Assembly (NCBI GenBank): GCA_000165345.1
Contig: CM000433.1
Coordinates: forward strand, 192,001-256,000
Direction: 5' to 3'
Length of the DNA stretch: 64,000 nucleotides
This document shows, one piece after another, positions 20,366 through 32,106 of this stretch. Each line of letters starts with the position of its first letter. The first letter of the stretch is position 1. Both the position numbers and the translations under genes were made by a program. The notes below the pieces were generated by a model. That model had not been told where the DNA came from. It made no database searches and was given only the letters and a program-made list of their open reading frames with translations.

Positions 20366-21191
20366 TAATTACCATACCCTTTTGTTAAATCCCACTTGCA
20401 AATGATTTTTGAGTACTTTCACTTAACTTTGCGTAATCATAAAAACATTCACATAAATTAGTAAAACCCGCCATTATTCAATTCCTTAGGTTTAACTAAA
20501 ATACATGTAAATTACTTCTATTTGCAAAAATAAGAAATTAATCGATGGATTCCCTCAATATTCTGAATTTAGCATCACTATAAATTTTAATTAATCGTTT
20601 TATTCTTAAATCACTACTATTGTTGGAAAGAGGGGGTTTTGAATTATTTTATCTACCACAATAAATATAAAACATACTGAACAAGTTCGGATATTGAAGA
20701 TTATATAAAATGTGGCTCTTTATGCTACTTCAATCTATATGATTGTTCATATTTTAAATATAACGCAACTTTAGCAACTTTGTGTTAAAAAAAAAATTCG
20801 TTTTTTAATAATAGTCGGTTAACACATAGTTCCTATTGAAATTCATTTCAATTAATATTAACTTAATATCAACCTTCTAACAACTAAATAAAAAGTTAAT
20901 TTAATTTTAATTAGAAATATTTTTTGGGGGTGTTTTAATACATTTTCAAAGGTGGGGATAAGAAAAAAGGTGAGGGAAAAGTTGAGGCTTACCACAAGCG
21001 AGAAAATATTGCGGTAGGTTAAAAAATTATTACCTTTCCAAAATATAGCTGGGCAAGAAAGATATCTTTTTATTTGAATGAAATAGAGAAATGTCAGAAA
21101 ATTTACCCGTGTATACAGAGTTATTTGACGCTCCATGGGTATTTGGGAATTATGAGGTTACAATTGATCAGAATATAGGCAAGTATTACAC

Positions 21192-22221
21192 ATGAATTAT
21201 TCATTAACAAATATTTATCGAAAAACAATAGGCAGTAGAAAGACTCAGGAAGATCGTTTCTGTATTTGCAACAAACTGATAAATGGGCATGATGATGTCT
21301 GTTTTTTTGGTGTTTTCGATGGCACAGTAGGTAAGTTTAGTATAACTATTTATATTCGCAAATTGTCAATATTAATTCTGTAGGAGAATTTGCATCAAAT
21401 AATATTAAAGATATAATCATTCCTGCCATGCTGAGCACTCCAATATGGTAAGTTAATCTGCCTATGGGTCTCTGTTATTTAAACGGTTTTCAATCACCAT
21501 AAAATATAGGAAGTTAATTGTCGAACATATAGAAAAAGGGGATTTAAAATTAACTGAAGAGTTTAAGAATATTTTGAGAGATTTGATGGTAACCACATTT
21601 AAAAAAGCTGATAGTATACTTATTGAGAAGTGCAAAGCCGAAGAAAAACATTATTCTTCTTGCACGGGAGTTGTATTATTGTTTATTAAAGATATACTAG
21701 TAAATGCACATATTGGTGACTCACGCTCTGTTGCGTGCACTTATTCGAACTCTATCAACTTGGCACAGTTTCTAACAATTGATCACAAACCTGACCAACC
21801 GCTGGAATATCGAAGAATTGTAGAAAATGGTGGTTCAGTTGAATACCTACAAAACCACAATAACAAGCCATTTCTTAGGGGCGGAGACTTTACCCGGAGA
21901 AGAGCAAGAGGTGAAACTCCAATGCAACTACAATATTCTAGAGCGTTTGGAGGTAAAGACCTTAAGCCATATGGGCTCAGTTGTGTTCCTGATATTTCTA
22001 TTATTAGTTTGAATCAAAATAATAGACTATTTATTATTGCAACCGATGGAATTTGGGATTTGCTTTCAGCCCAACAAAGTTGTGACTTGTCTTTTTACTC
22101 GCAAGAACTTGGAATACAGCCTGCGAGATACCTTGTAAACGCAGTGCTTGAAGAAACACGCAATAGAAATACAAATTGCGACAACCTCACAGCAATATGT
22201 ATTATGCACATAAAAAATTGA
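21192..22221 (+). CDS. PP2C-family Ser/Thr protein phosphatase (3 exons: 21192..21330, 21384..21447, 21510..22221)
   Basis: Intron 1 (21331..21383) runs GTAAGT to CTGTAG; intron 2 (21448..21509) runs GTAAGT to ATATAG. Splicing restores PP2C motif 2 as FFGVFDGTVGGEFAS. The other motifs are present: IGSRKTQED, NAHIGDSRSV, LTIDHKPDQPLEYRRIVENGGSV, YSRAFGGKDLK, TDGIWDLL, NCDNLTAI. Unspliced, the track shows only two fragments. Confidence 0.8.
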
Positions 22222-22589
22222 ATTCCCTTCGCTAATACTTGGAGCTTTTCTATTAACACTCACAACTAAAACATAAGTGAATCGCAGTTCATCTGAATCA
22301 ATATTAGAAGATTTTTTAAATAAGTAGTTACGCGATATTACTATTGCAGATGCAGTTACATACAAAAAATCTAGCTTTATAAATAGGTATAAATAAGCAA
22401 ATATAACTAGCAATAGGAATTACTTAGAGTACATTGGTAATTTCTATCAATTATTTTTTTTTTAATTTTATTTCTATCGTTGAGGGAGAAACATTTTTCG
22501 TTCCGATTGTTAGTGCTTGGCGCTAAGGCGTATTGCATCTCTTTTCGTATTACAATATTTATTAAAAGAAATAAATTGTTTGAAGCGAA

Positions 22590-22967
22590 ATGTCAGGTCA
22601 GAGAGCAAGTACACTGCATAACCTGAAGATATATATCATTGGCGATGAGGATACCGTTGCTGGATTTCTGCTAACAGGTATTGGAGCCAGGGATCCTCAA
22701 GGGAAAACGAATTTTTTAATAGTTGACTCAAAAACTCCTCAATCTCAAATTGAGGAAACTTTCAAAGACTTTATAAGCCAACAGGACTGCGGAATACTGA
22801 TGATTAATCAAACTATTGCTGAAGAAATTCGATACCTTGTTAATACTCATGACAAAATCATCCCTACAATATTGGAAGTTCCGAGTAAAGACAAACCATA
22901 CGACGCAGCTAAAGATTCTGTAATGCAAAGAATTAAGCTATTTTACGGCGGTTCTCTTCCAGAGTAA
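22590..22967 (+). CDS. V-type proton ATPase subunit F
   Basis: 125-aa ORF. LKIYIIGDEDTVAGFLLTGIG...NFLIVDSKT...ILMINQTIAEEIR has the characteristic layout of V-ATPase subunit F (Vma7). Confidence 0.8.
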   Translation: MSGQRASTLHNLKIYIIGDEDTVAGFLLTGIGARDPQGKTNFLIVDSKTPQSQIEETFKDFISQQDCGILMINQTIAEEIRYLVNTHDKIIPTILEVPSKDKPYDAAKDSVMQRIKLFYGGSLPE

Positions 22968-23098
22968 AATATATTAAAGCACTAGCACTTTACCTTTTTA
23001 AGTGATTAATTAGGATAAAATTCTAATTTTAGATACATTAACCTTAGAGAATAAATAGTACCTATTAAACATTTCAATAATTAAATTTTTAATTTCTT

Positions 23099-23695
23099 TT
23101 AATTATTTTCTGTGTTATAGCAATAATTACCCTGATATACTCTTTTACAGACATTTAATGTGTTCTCTTTCATATTTTTATTTTGAACAAGAATTGGTAT
23201 AGCAGAAGAATTTGCGATTAAAAAGTTCAAGATTGCGCCGTATCTAGTTTTGCATTTGTTAACTCTATTTTGAATCCTTTTAGATTCTGAATGGAGTATC
23301 TCCCCTAGCCAATGGTTATCGTCTTGAATATCTTTTATTAAGTCGCTAATTAATATATGTTTCTTAGAGTTACCGTTTGAGTTGTTATCTGAGAATATCC
23401 ATGAATTAGGATCATCTCTTCTGTTGAAGCTCAAAACAAACTGTTTGTTATCTAAATAAATCTTTGGTTTGTCATCTTCAAAATTCATTAAAAAATTCTT
23501 TACTTGATGTGAAGGAACGCTTGAAAAGCAATTTATCATTATTTTACTTTTTTCTTTAATTGAATTAAAAAGCAAGTTTGCATTTGCTTTCTCTGTATTA
23601 TTATTGTAGGGAAAAAGTGTTCCACTAAGTAAAGGCCCCATCATATTAATCAATTCAGGTAAAAATAAATTGTTCTCTGAAATTCCAGAGTCCAT
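23099..23695 (-). CDS. Hypothetical protein (198 aa)
   Basis: Intact ATG-initiated ORF with typical codon usage; no recognisable domain. Confidence 0.4.
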   Translation of the reverse strand: MDSGISENNLFLPELINMMGPLLSGTLFPYNNNTEKANANLLFNSIKEKSKIMINCFSSVPSHQVKNFLMNFEDDKPKIYLDNKQFVLSFNRRDDPNSWIFSDNNSNGNSKKHILISDLIKDIQDDNHWLGEILHSESKRIQNRVNKCKTRYGAILNFLIANSSAIPILVQNKNMKENTLNVCKRVYQGNYCYNTENN

Positions 23696-23779
23696 TGTGA
23701 ATGTTTAGAATAATGTAATATGCTTCTAATTCTTTGTTATTCCTGATCTTGCGTATACGTGTATGCAAATTATTTAAAA

Positions 23780-23830
<51 letters not shown>

Positions 23831-24086
23831 TATTTGAATTATTGAACTTTATTAAAAGATGAAATTAGCTAAATACTCCAAGATGATTTGAAATATTAAG
23901 TTTATTTTTAAAAATAATTAAATATAATATTGAAATTTGAATTATTTATTTATTAAAAATATTACATGACAAACGTATTTATCACATAATCTGCATATTG
24001 CAAGTGGCCGCCACGCAATCTTCAAAATGAGAAGACCAAATATTCGGAAGTGAAAAAAATATAAATTAACTAATCAAAAATATTTA

Positions 24087-24941
24087 CTAAAATAATAGTT
24101 TAAAAAAAATAATCAGTATTTCCACTAATATACAAGCTATCAAAAAGTTTATTAACTTCGAAAAAATCTTGTTCTTAATACTTTTTTCTGCTTTTGAAAT
24201 TTGTTGGTATGCGTTTTCCACCCTTAACAACACATTATCAATATTGAAATCTATTCTGTCTATTAAAGAGCCCTGCTCAACAACCATCGATGACATTTCC
24301 TTGAAAATGGAATTGAGTTCTGCAATACTTCTTGTTATTTTAGTAATTTCCTTTAAAAATATGAGTTAATCGTCATTATTATATTCACAACTTACCTCGA
24401 TGTTAAAACCGTTTGCATCTTTAAAAATGAACTCCTTGCTCTGATTATTTGTTTGAGAACAAGAATAACTAGTTTTATTGAATTCTTGTTCTCCTATGAC
24501 AGAATCTTCAAAATTTGTTTGAACTCCATCTAGACGGTTAATATAATTTTTTTGTAGTTCTGACATATAATTTTTTTGTATAAATTTGAACTGCTGAGAT
24601 AAAGGATTTAGTTCATTTGCAATACTTATTTCAGCATTTTTCCTCAAAATCATATAGTTAATTAAACTTTTATGGCAAGGTAAATTTTCTTTGCTTTCAG
24701 CAGGTGAGTTTGAAATAGATTGGGCTAGACTTTCAATTCGTTTAAATAATTTACAAATAGAATATGTCAATGAATCCACCTCAATTTCAGATAATTTCAT
24801 TGTATTATCCTTTAGCACGCACATGAGCCTCTTTTGTTGAGTTTTTTGTAAAAGTGATATTAATTCTTTTGCTCTGGTTAGCTCCTCCTGTGCCTCAATA
24901 TGTAAGTCAACCCAAAAAGGTGGTAAAGTATTGCTTTTCAT
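24087..24941 (-). CDS. Syntaxin (Qa-SNARE) with a C-terminal TM anchor (2 exons: 24396..24941, 24087..24350)
   Basis: The 45-nt intron 24351..24395 (GTAAGT to TTTAAAG) joins the 191-aa and 69-aa ORFs in frame. The spliced product has a canonical Qa SNARE motif (IAELNSIFKEMSSMVVEQGSLIDRIDFNIDNVLLRVENAYQQISKAEK) with the zero-layer Gln, followed by a TM helix (FSKLINFLIACILVEILIIFF). Confidence 0.75.
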
Positions 24942-25209
24942 CTCAATAATAGCGTTATCGCTATTATCAGCATTTTTATTAAATTCGCTTAAATCTGAAA
25001 ATTATCCGTTTTTTTTTTATATTTCACATTATTATTAACAATTACCTTTATTGATTGAAGATGATCTGTTATTATTGAATAAACCAAAAAGATCAACCCG
25101 TCTTTTATACTCAGTTCTAAACCTCAAATAAAGATGTGTTAGATCAACTACTGAATTAATTGGCATGTTCAGTAATAATTAATAGAAAAATGTAGTAAAT
25201 CATGGGCGA

Positions 25210-25217
25210 TGGCGCCA
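25210..25217. promoter_or_regulatory. Palindromic E2F-like box TGGCGCCA
   Basis: gggcgaTGGCGCCAgccatatgcaaa, a GC island in AT-rich DNA about 270 bp upstream of the syntaxin ATG (24941, minus). Confidence 0.4.
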
Positions 25218-25372
25218 GCCATATGCAAAGTTAAAAAAAAAAATTATTTGCTACGCTACAATGAGATCTAAATCAGTTAGTTCAACCTTATTTGATTCTT
25301 CATCAATTTTATAGTGTATTTCAAATGAATCTATTCTAATCTGATATATCCCGCCATACTAAAAGTTTATTA

Positions 25373-26628
25373 TTAACGAATAATCTTTAAAGCAAATATA
25401 CTTACCTCATTTATTTTCCTTTGTCTGCATCTTACATCATAGGATAGAGATTGGGTTACAGTCTCGAGAAATTCTATCCTTGATTTGAAAAATATAAACG
25501 GCCATTTGCCCCCAAAAGATCTCAGTTCATTAAGCTTTTTTTCGTGCATATTAATTTTTTCTTGTGAAAGCAAACCATTTTTTTCTGTTATTTTATCTAG
25601 CTTATTCAAAATTTCATTTGGGATAGAAACTTTAAATTGGCCTTCAATATTATCTACGACCCATCTTGGGCACAATAATTCTTCCTTATCAATGATATCG
25701 CATATATGATAAGGTTTAATATCGATAATAGGTGTGCCATTAAGTAAATCTATCCCAGATATAAATATACGATTTCCAGAAATTGACTCAATCTTCACAT
25801 TAGAGATGCCTATTCTATTAACTCTATGTGGCGTCCTAGTGGAATATACTCCGGTTGATTTTCCATTCATTCCAGGAGGTCGAATTTTTGAATTTATTGT
25901 AATATCTTGAGGTACGTCATCAAAAATAAATATAATCCATAAATGGCTAAATTCATCCAAACCGAAAATGAAATCTGAATTGAATTCAGGCAATAGTTGG
26001 ATTACCCCACGTGAACTTGGAACTAATACAGATTGTCTTGGAACGCCAAATTTTTCTGTCCAACAGCTATAACAATAGCCAATGGTCCGTACAGGAAAAA
26101 ACTGAATATCATTTTTTGTAATAATGAGATCTTCCACTATTTTTTTATTGTAGACATCCGATACAATATAAAAATTGATGAAACCTCTGCTTCTGTTTTC
26201 TATTTTAAATCTGACTTCGGTATTATTCGAGTTTGAAGTTCCCTTAAATAAATAAATATCCGAGTCCTCTCCTTGTTTAAAGTCATTTATTATTATCGCA
26301 ACAATTTTTTCAATTAGCTTTTCTGATAAAAAATCAGCACTTAACTTTTCCTTTTTTAATTCGAACTCATCAGCATTACATTCCAATTTTAGCCATCTTT
26401 CCAATTTTATTATTATATTTGTCGATAAGTCTCCATACTCTCTCCGTTTTGGTGCAACTAAACGAATTTGCTCATTTAAAACTATATTACTTGGTATTTT
26501 AAAGTTGAGCTCCTATAAAATTAAACGTTAGTTTAAAAATATTAGATATTTCCTAAACATACATCTATTAATAAATTTATTCCTTTGTAAATTACTTCTT
26601 TTAAGTAATTAGATAATTCGAGAATCAT
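25373..26628 (-). CDS. TrmO/TsaA-family tRNA methyltransferase-like protein (YaeB/TRMO), with a proposed 11-codon first exon at 26596..26628
   Basis: TsaA signature: FFPVRTIGYCYSCWTEKFGVPRQS...YSTRTPHRVNRIGISNVKIESISGNRIFISGIDLLNGTPIIDIKPY. The track ORF starts at a TTG and the frame has no upstream ATG before an in-frame TAG that sits immediately next to a TTTTATAG acceptor. A candidate first exon ATG ATT CTC GAA TTA TCT AAT TAC TTA AAA GAA plus GTAATT donor (intron 26513..26595, 83 nt) joins in phase 0. Confidence 0.55.
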
Positions 26629-26735
26629 AATTGCTGAATTGAAAACAACGCTGCGCCATTAAAAACTTGATTGGTATGGTCAAAAAAAAAAAAAAAATAG
26701 TTTAAAATAAAATTAAACTCCTAGCCTCTGAATAA

Positions 26736-27094
26736 TTAATCTAGTTTAAAACCTCTTTTCTCTAAATTAGCTTGAGCTCTCAAAATATCTTCTGCAAGAT
26801 CTGCTTTTCCATTAGATACGTTTGAAAATTGAAGTAAAGAAATTGAAATAGATATCACTGAATATAACCCAAAGCCTAGCAAACAAACAAATGGAGACTA
26901 TTAATTACAGTCAATGAACTTTACTTATATATCGCCTTACTTACCGCAATCCAGTAAACTCTAGTGTTGTTCTTTGAATTTGTTCCAAAGTGAAACAAGC
27001 CAAAAATCCAAACAAAAACTGAAAACAATAAGATAGAAACTACTTTTTTTCCATACCCGAAGTAAGGGAGTTGATCTTTTATTTTTCTTTCCAT
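26736..27094 (-). CDS. Small (about 97 aa) predicted two-helix membrane protein, 2 exons (26941..27094, 26736..26875)
   Basis: Not in the ORF track. ATG at 27094. Exon 1 encodes MERKIKDQLPYFGYGKKVVSILLFSVFVWIFGLFHF... and ends at a GTAAGG donor. A 65-nt intron (26876..26940) ends in TTGCTAG. Exon 2 encodes SFGLYSVISISISLLQF...DILRAQANLEKRGFKLD. The only frame-consistent phase is used. Function unknown. Confidence 0.25.
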
Positions 27095-27246
27095 TTGAGA
27101 CTTGTCTTTAGAATTTATTTATTTATGGGACCTTTTTTTGTGCCCCTTATGTCATGCGCCTTCTAAATCCAAAGAACAAAAACATTTTTTTTGTATCATT
27201 TATAAATGAACATCATAATTAATAATAATTAAGAAATTTATAACAT

Positions 27247-30105
27247 ATGGAAACCCAAGCATCAGAAAATAACTATTCTCATAATTTTCAAAAAAGAATC
27301 ATGCTATGTGAAGACCCATCAGAGAATTTGACAAATCAGCTTATTGAGGAATTAATAGACCCCACAATATTTGTCAAAAGCTGCATTTTAAGGGGTTCAA
27401 AACATATTTCAAAGTGTATCGAGAATTTTGAAATTGCAACCAAGTATGTTAATGATCAATTAGAAAAACAGATTGTTGAATTAGGGCACATTAATACAAT
27501 TCAATGTATGTGCAGTGATATTGTAAAACTAGATAAATGTTCTAAAAATATTGGAACATATTTTTCCGGCTATAAAAGCTCTATTGAAATTGACACAATA
27601 CCAATCGTTCAGAAATATGATAGTATCAAAGATAATATACTAATTTCAAAACGTATACTTGAGATCCAGGGCCTTTGCAATAGAACAATTGAATTTATTT
27701 CGTTGATTTCTAAATTAAAGGCCCACTTTGGACTAAAAAAATCTGATAATGAAGAACAATATGAGAACTTCTTTATGAATTTTCAAAGTGGTATTCCCGA
27801 TTCAATTGATATTTATAAAACAAGTAAAATAATTGTTGAATTAGAAAGTATGATTTACTTTAACGAAGAAAGCGTTGCCGAATCTGAAACAAGTGAAAGG
27901 AAGATAAATAATTCAACAGTTTCAAGCCTTGAATTCCTCGAAGTTCTCCAAGAAGATATTAAATGGTTACGTAAAATTAGTGCGATATATAGACAAAATG
28001 GTCATAAAAAATTGTTGAACGGAATTGAGGAGCTGGATAATGCTTCAATTTATTCAGGCTGCGTAATTTTAGATCAATTTGGTGAACTATGGGAACATAT
28101 TGATATAATTGTTGAAGATGTAATGTTGAAAAGGCTAAATCATACGTTTCAAGTCTGTAACTTGCAAAAATGTATTGAAAAAGTAGATAAATCAGATGAG
28201 GTTTTTGCAGTTAGTATTCAATATGCCACTTTTTCTATACTAAAACTAGTAGAAGATGCTCTTAATCAAGTAATATTGGGTCTAAAACAACTAATCTGTA
28301 TTCATGATACATTGATTGAAAATAAAATCAATAATTATCAAAAAACTAATCAAATGAATTTTGTAGATGCATTTTGGGAAAAATGCCTATTATTTTTTGA
28401 AAGTGTGTTCAATAATATTTATTCTATTAACTCTAAGAACCCAAATATTCATCAAATTTCGTTTGGAAAAGAGATTATTGTGAATTCATCTTTAAAGCTC
28501 GAGCAATTATTTCATTTACTAATTAACTGTTATCCTGATATGTCGAATATGTTTAAAATTGCAACAAAGAATATTAAAGCATTGTTATCCTCTTCTTCAT
28601 CCAAGGTTATAGCTAATTCTATTGTTAACGACAAAAAAATATTTAATAGTATTTCAAAAATTAGAGAAGTGTATCTATCTTCAATTATAGATAAATTTAA
28701 TAGACTTTTTGAAACCATTATACCAAACAAAAATAATTTGTCTGATTCGTATGAAGAAATAAGCAGTCGAATATCAGAAATTACTCAAGAAATAATCGAA
28801 GAACTACGGAGAACAAGATCATGTGATGAAATTTATACTCAAATATATGATATTTTTAGAAATGAACTATTATGTTTCATGGTAACATGTGAAACAATCA
28901 TTCAACCAGAAGGAGGAATAATTGCTCATTTAGAAATAACCGAAAGCCAATCCAATCACAATTTTCTTATTGAAAGTAATGATTTAAATATTAAAAAAAG
29001 ATTACCTTCCCCAACTCAATCCCACATAATAAATGCAAATATTTCTATAATCGCAGCAATTTTGTCGATTGAAGTCAAGAAAATTTACGAAGTTGAATTT
29101 ATAGACAATGTTGATATTATTGAAAGAGATAGAATAATTGAGTTACTTAAGTCATTACAATATAAATCCGTTGGAAAGTGGTTTTCGCATACGTCCTTGG
29201 CAATTTTAGAATTAAACATTACAATTAACTACAATAAAAGCAATTCCAGATCAGAAATAAAAGACAATAGATTAAAAATTGGCCAATATTTTGTTACGCT
29301 TTCGCAAGAAATAGTAACGAATTTCATACAAAATTGGACTCCTCTATTGTATAATCATGATTTTTGGAGTAAATGTTACGTGTTATTTTGCAGAAATATA
29401 ATAATCATTTTTTTGGTTAACTTTACTTTAAGAAGCGAATTGGACGAAGAGAATTGTTTTGAAATAGCTGAAGAAATTGTTTCTCTTCAATCTATTATAT
29501 CCCATTTTATTTCCGATAATAACATCAAAAATCTATTGTCTAATGATATCAAGATGATCCAAGATTTCCGAAGAGTTCTTTTTTCAGATATAAAATCGAT
29601 TAGGGAAGCAATTAACTTTTCTATTAATACGAAAAATAGAGAGCCAGACAACAATGAGTTGTTATGGAAGTCTATCAATGATTTGGACAATATGTTATTT
29701 ATCGTGCACATTCTTAATCGAATATTTTATATCTTTAATAAGTCGAATCATTTTTCAATTCAAAGTTTTACTGAGCAATCTAAAATTTCAAACCCTCAAT
29801 TGTCAAATATCTTAAATTATTTATTATTTATTAAATTTAATAAATACCCAACGTGTGAATCAGATACAGACTTATTTATTATTTTCAATGTATTTAAGCA
29901 AAATGTAACTACTAGCGAATATATTAGTGATCCAAAAATATTACCATCAAAAATTCGAAACTATATCGATACAATTAAAGAAGAATTGAAAGCCTGTCAT
30001 TCATGTTTAGATGGTTTTATAGATATAGAGGATTTAGAAGTGATATTAAATTATATCGAGGAAAATTGTCAGAGTTACAATTGCCGCTCATATTGCTCTA
30101 ATTAA
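27247..30105 (+). CDS. Hypothetical large protein (952 aa), mostly helical
   Basis: Intact ATG-initiated ORF. The helical N-terminal region vaguely resembles CATCHR-type tethering-complex subunits, but I cannot support a family call. Confidence 0.5.
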   Translation: METQASENNYSHNFQKRIMLCEDPSENLTNQLIEELIDPTIFVKSCILRGSKHISKCIENFEIATKYVNDQLEKQIVELGHINTIQCMCSDIVKLDKCSKNIGTYFSGYKSSIEIDTIPIVQKYDSIKDNILISKRILEIQGLCNRTIEFISLISKLKAHFGLKKSDNEEQYENFFMNFQSGIPDSIDIYKTSKIIVELESMIYFNEESVAESETSERKINNSTVSSLEFLEVLQEDIKWLRKISAIYRQNGHKKLLNGIEELDNASIYSGCVILDQFGELWEHIDIIVEDVMLKRLNHTFQVCNLQKCIEKVDKSDEVFAVSIQYATFSILKLVEDALNQVILGLKQLICIHDTLIENKINNYQKTNQMNFVDAFWEKCLLFFESVFNNIYSINSKNPNIHQISFGKEIIVNSSLKLEQLFHLLINCYPDMSNMFKIATKNIKALLSSSSSKVIANSIVNDKKIFNSISKIREVYLSSIIDKFNRLFETIIPNKNNLSDSYEEISSRISEITQEIIEELRRTRSCDEIYTQIYDIFRNELLCFMVTCETIIQPEGGIIAHLEITESQSNHNFLIESNDLNIKKRLPSPTQSHIINANISIIAAILSIEVKKIYEVEFIDNVDIIERDRIIELLKSLQYKSVGKWFSHTSLAILELNITINYNKSNSRSEIKDNRLKIGQYFVTLSQEIVTNFIQNWTPLLYNHDFWSKCYVLFCRNIIIIFLVNFTLRSELDEENCFEIAEEIVSLQSIISHFISDNNIKNLLSNDIKMIQDFRRVLFSDIKSIREAINFSINTKNREPDNNELLWKSINDLDNMLFIVHILNRIFYIFNKSNHFSIQSFTEQSKISNPQLSNILNYLLFIKFNKYPTCESDTDLFIIFNVFKQNVTTSEYISDPKILPSKIRNYIDTIKEELKACHSCLDGFIDIEDLEVILNYIEENCQSYNCRSYCSN

Positions 30106-30140
30106 AATTAATTCTTTTAGGTGCTTAAAAAAAAGTGAAT

Positions 30141-32076
30141 ATGTTATCGGAATATTCAGATACATCTGACAATGAGATGGATCTAAACGATCAGGTATGT
30201 TATTTTTCTTATGAAGATATCTTTATTACTTTTTTTTTAGATTATTAGACAATTGAAAAATATTCATTTCGATCCAATTAACTCAAACATAAATCAAGAT
30301 GATAAATTAAGCAATATTATTGAGCAAAATATCATTAAAGACTACAAATATGATTACTATCGTGGAATAGTCGATGTTACCTTAACAAGCGATATTAATA
30401 AGAATGATAATATAAAAAAAGAATTGCTGGAATTAGGATGGGTCAATTCAGTCAATATTTTCGTTGAAAAAAAAATAGAAAGTCGCAAAAATGCATCAAT
30501 AGAAGATAAAAGGAACGAAATTTTATTATCTCTTAGTAAGGTTATCGACCCTGACCTAAATAAAGATATTGTTAGCTGTGGATTCGTTAAAGATTTATAT
30601 TTCGATCCAGAATCATCTGAAGTATCGTTTACTTTGGAGCTAACAACGCCAATTTGCCCACTAAAAGATTTATTTGAAAAAAGCTGCACTGAAATCATTA
30701 AAAATGATAGAATTTATGTGAAAGAAGTTAATATAAAATTTACCTCTAAATCAAGCAAAAAAAATCAAATAATTTCCAAAGAGAAAACACATAAAAATCT
30801 TGAAGCTGTATCTAACATTATCGCAATTAGTAGCTGCAAAGGAGGTGTTGGTAAATCCACTCTAGCTGTAAATATTGCATTTACTCTAAGTCAATTGGGA
30901 GCGAAAGTTGGTATTGTAGATTGTGATTTATATGGGCCAAATCTTGAACAACTTGTTCCTATGGAATCAAATACGGTATTTTACAAAAAACCTAGCAATG
31001 AGACAGAAGAAATAAGGACCAAACTAAACAAAAGAGGACTTTCTAAGACAAATAATGCAATAATACCAAATAACAATTTGAGAGAGGGCTTTATTCCTCT
31101 TATATATAAAGGCGTGCAATTAATTAGCTATTCTTATTTACTTAATACGAAAAGTGATTCAAATAGTTCAAGTAAGGTTTCAAGTATTTTGAGAGGACCA
31201 ATTGCAGGTTCAATTGTTACACAACTAATTACTGGAACTGTCTGGGAAGATCTTGATTACTTAGTTCTTGATTTCCCACCAGGTACGGGTGATATTCAAC
31301 TTTCAATTGCGCAATCAATAGCAATTGATGGAGCAATAATAGTTACAACCCCTCAAGATTTAAGTATTGCAGATGTGGAAAGGGGAATACATTTATTTAA
31401 TAAATTGAATATCCCAATTTTAACAGTTGTTGAAAATATGTCTTACTTCATCTGCGATGGATGCGAAAAGAGACACGAGATATTTTCTAAAGGTGATTTT
31501 TCCTTAATAACTGAGAAATATGGGCTCGAGCCAAACTTCAATTTTCCTTTATTTTCAAACCTTTCGAAATGTAAATTTCATTCCAATTCAAATGAGGTTG
31601 ATTTTCCATATGTTATTGCTGCAAACAAAAATGACAGTGTATATTTAGAGTTTGTAAAATTGTCAGAATTTATAGCAAGAAAATTGTCTAAGAATAGATA
31701 CAGTGACTATAAGCCAAATTTTGAATTTGATAATAATAGAAAGATAGTTATCTGTCAAATACCGAAAGATATTAAGGAAATTTTTGTACAAGAAAATACA
31801 ATTGATCCATTGGTCAAATTTAATGTTTCATATATTGATATTAGGAAATTATGTAGATGTGCAATATGTTATGATCCTGGGAAGGCTCGATTTAATGAGA
31901 CATATGAACCATCTACATTATTAATTGACCAAATAGAAACTATGGGCTCATACGCTATTATGATTAATTGGTCAGACGGTCACACAAGCATAATTTCATA
32001 TAACAATCTTATAAAAATATTTGTAAATAAAGAGGACGAAGTTAAGCTATGCCAAAATGAATTGTTAACTTGGTGA
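30141..32076 (+). CDS. HCF101-like Mrp/NBP35-family Fe-S cluster carrier ATPase with an N-terminal DUF59 and a C-terminal DUF971 (2 exons: 30141..30194, 30241..32076)
   Basis: The track ORF begins at a TTG. The true start is an upstream 18-codon exon (MLSEYSDTSDNEMDLNDQ) with a GTATGT donor, a 46-nt intron (30195..30240) and a TTTTTTTTAG acceptor, in frame. Features: deviant Walker A CKGGVGKST, the Mrp CxxC (ICDGCEKRH), and the DUF971-like tail YDPGKARFNETYEP...INWSDGHTSI. Confidence 0.7.
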
Positions 32077-32106
32077 ATTATAATTTATAGATTAGCAAGA
32101 TAATGT

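Noticed and set aside
20858-21136. 92-aa minus-strand ORF in the ITFG1-like/PP2C intergenic region
   Set aside because: It lies in the divergent promoter interval, has a phenylalanine/leucine-rich low-complexity translation and no splice or start support. It is probably non-coding.
22066-22413. 115-aa minus-strand ORF overlapping the PP2C 3' end
   Set aside because: It is antisense to the well-supported PP2C exon 3 and has atypical composition.
26440-26530. Extending the TrmO ORF upstream as a single exon
   Set aside because: The frame hits TAG and TAA immediately upstream of the GAGCTC acceptor-adjacent codon and contains no ATG, so a spliced first exon is required instead.
27247-30105. 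Assigning the 952-aa helical protein to a COG/exocyst/CATCHR tethering subunit
   Set aside because: There is only a vague helical-pattern resemblance at the N-terminus and no diagnostic motif, so I left it as hypothetical.
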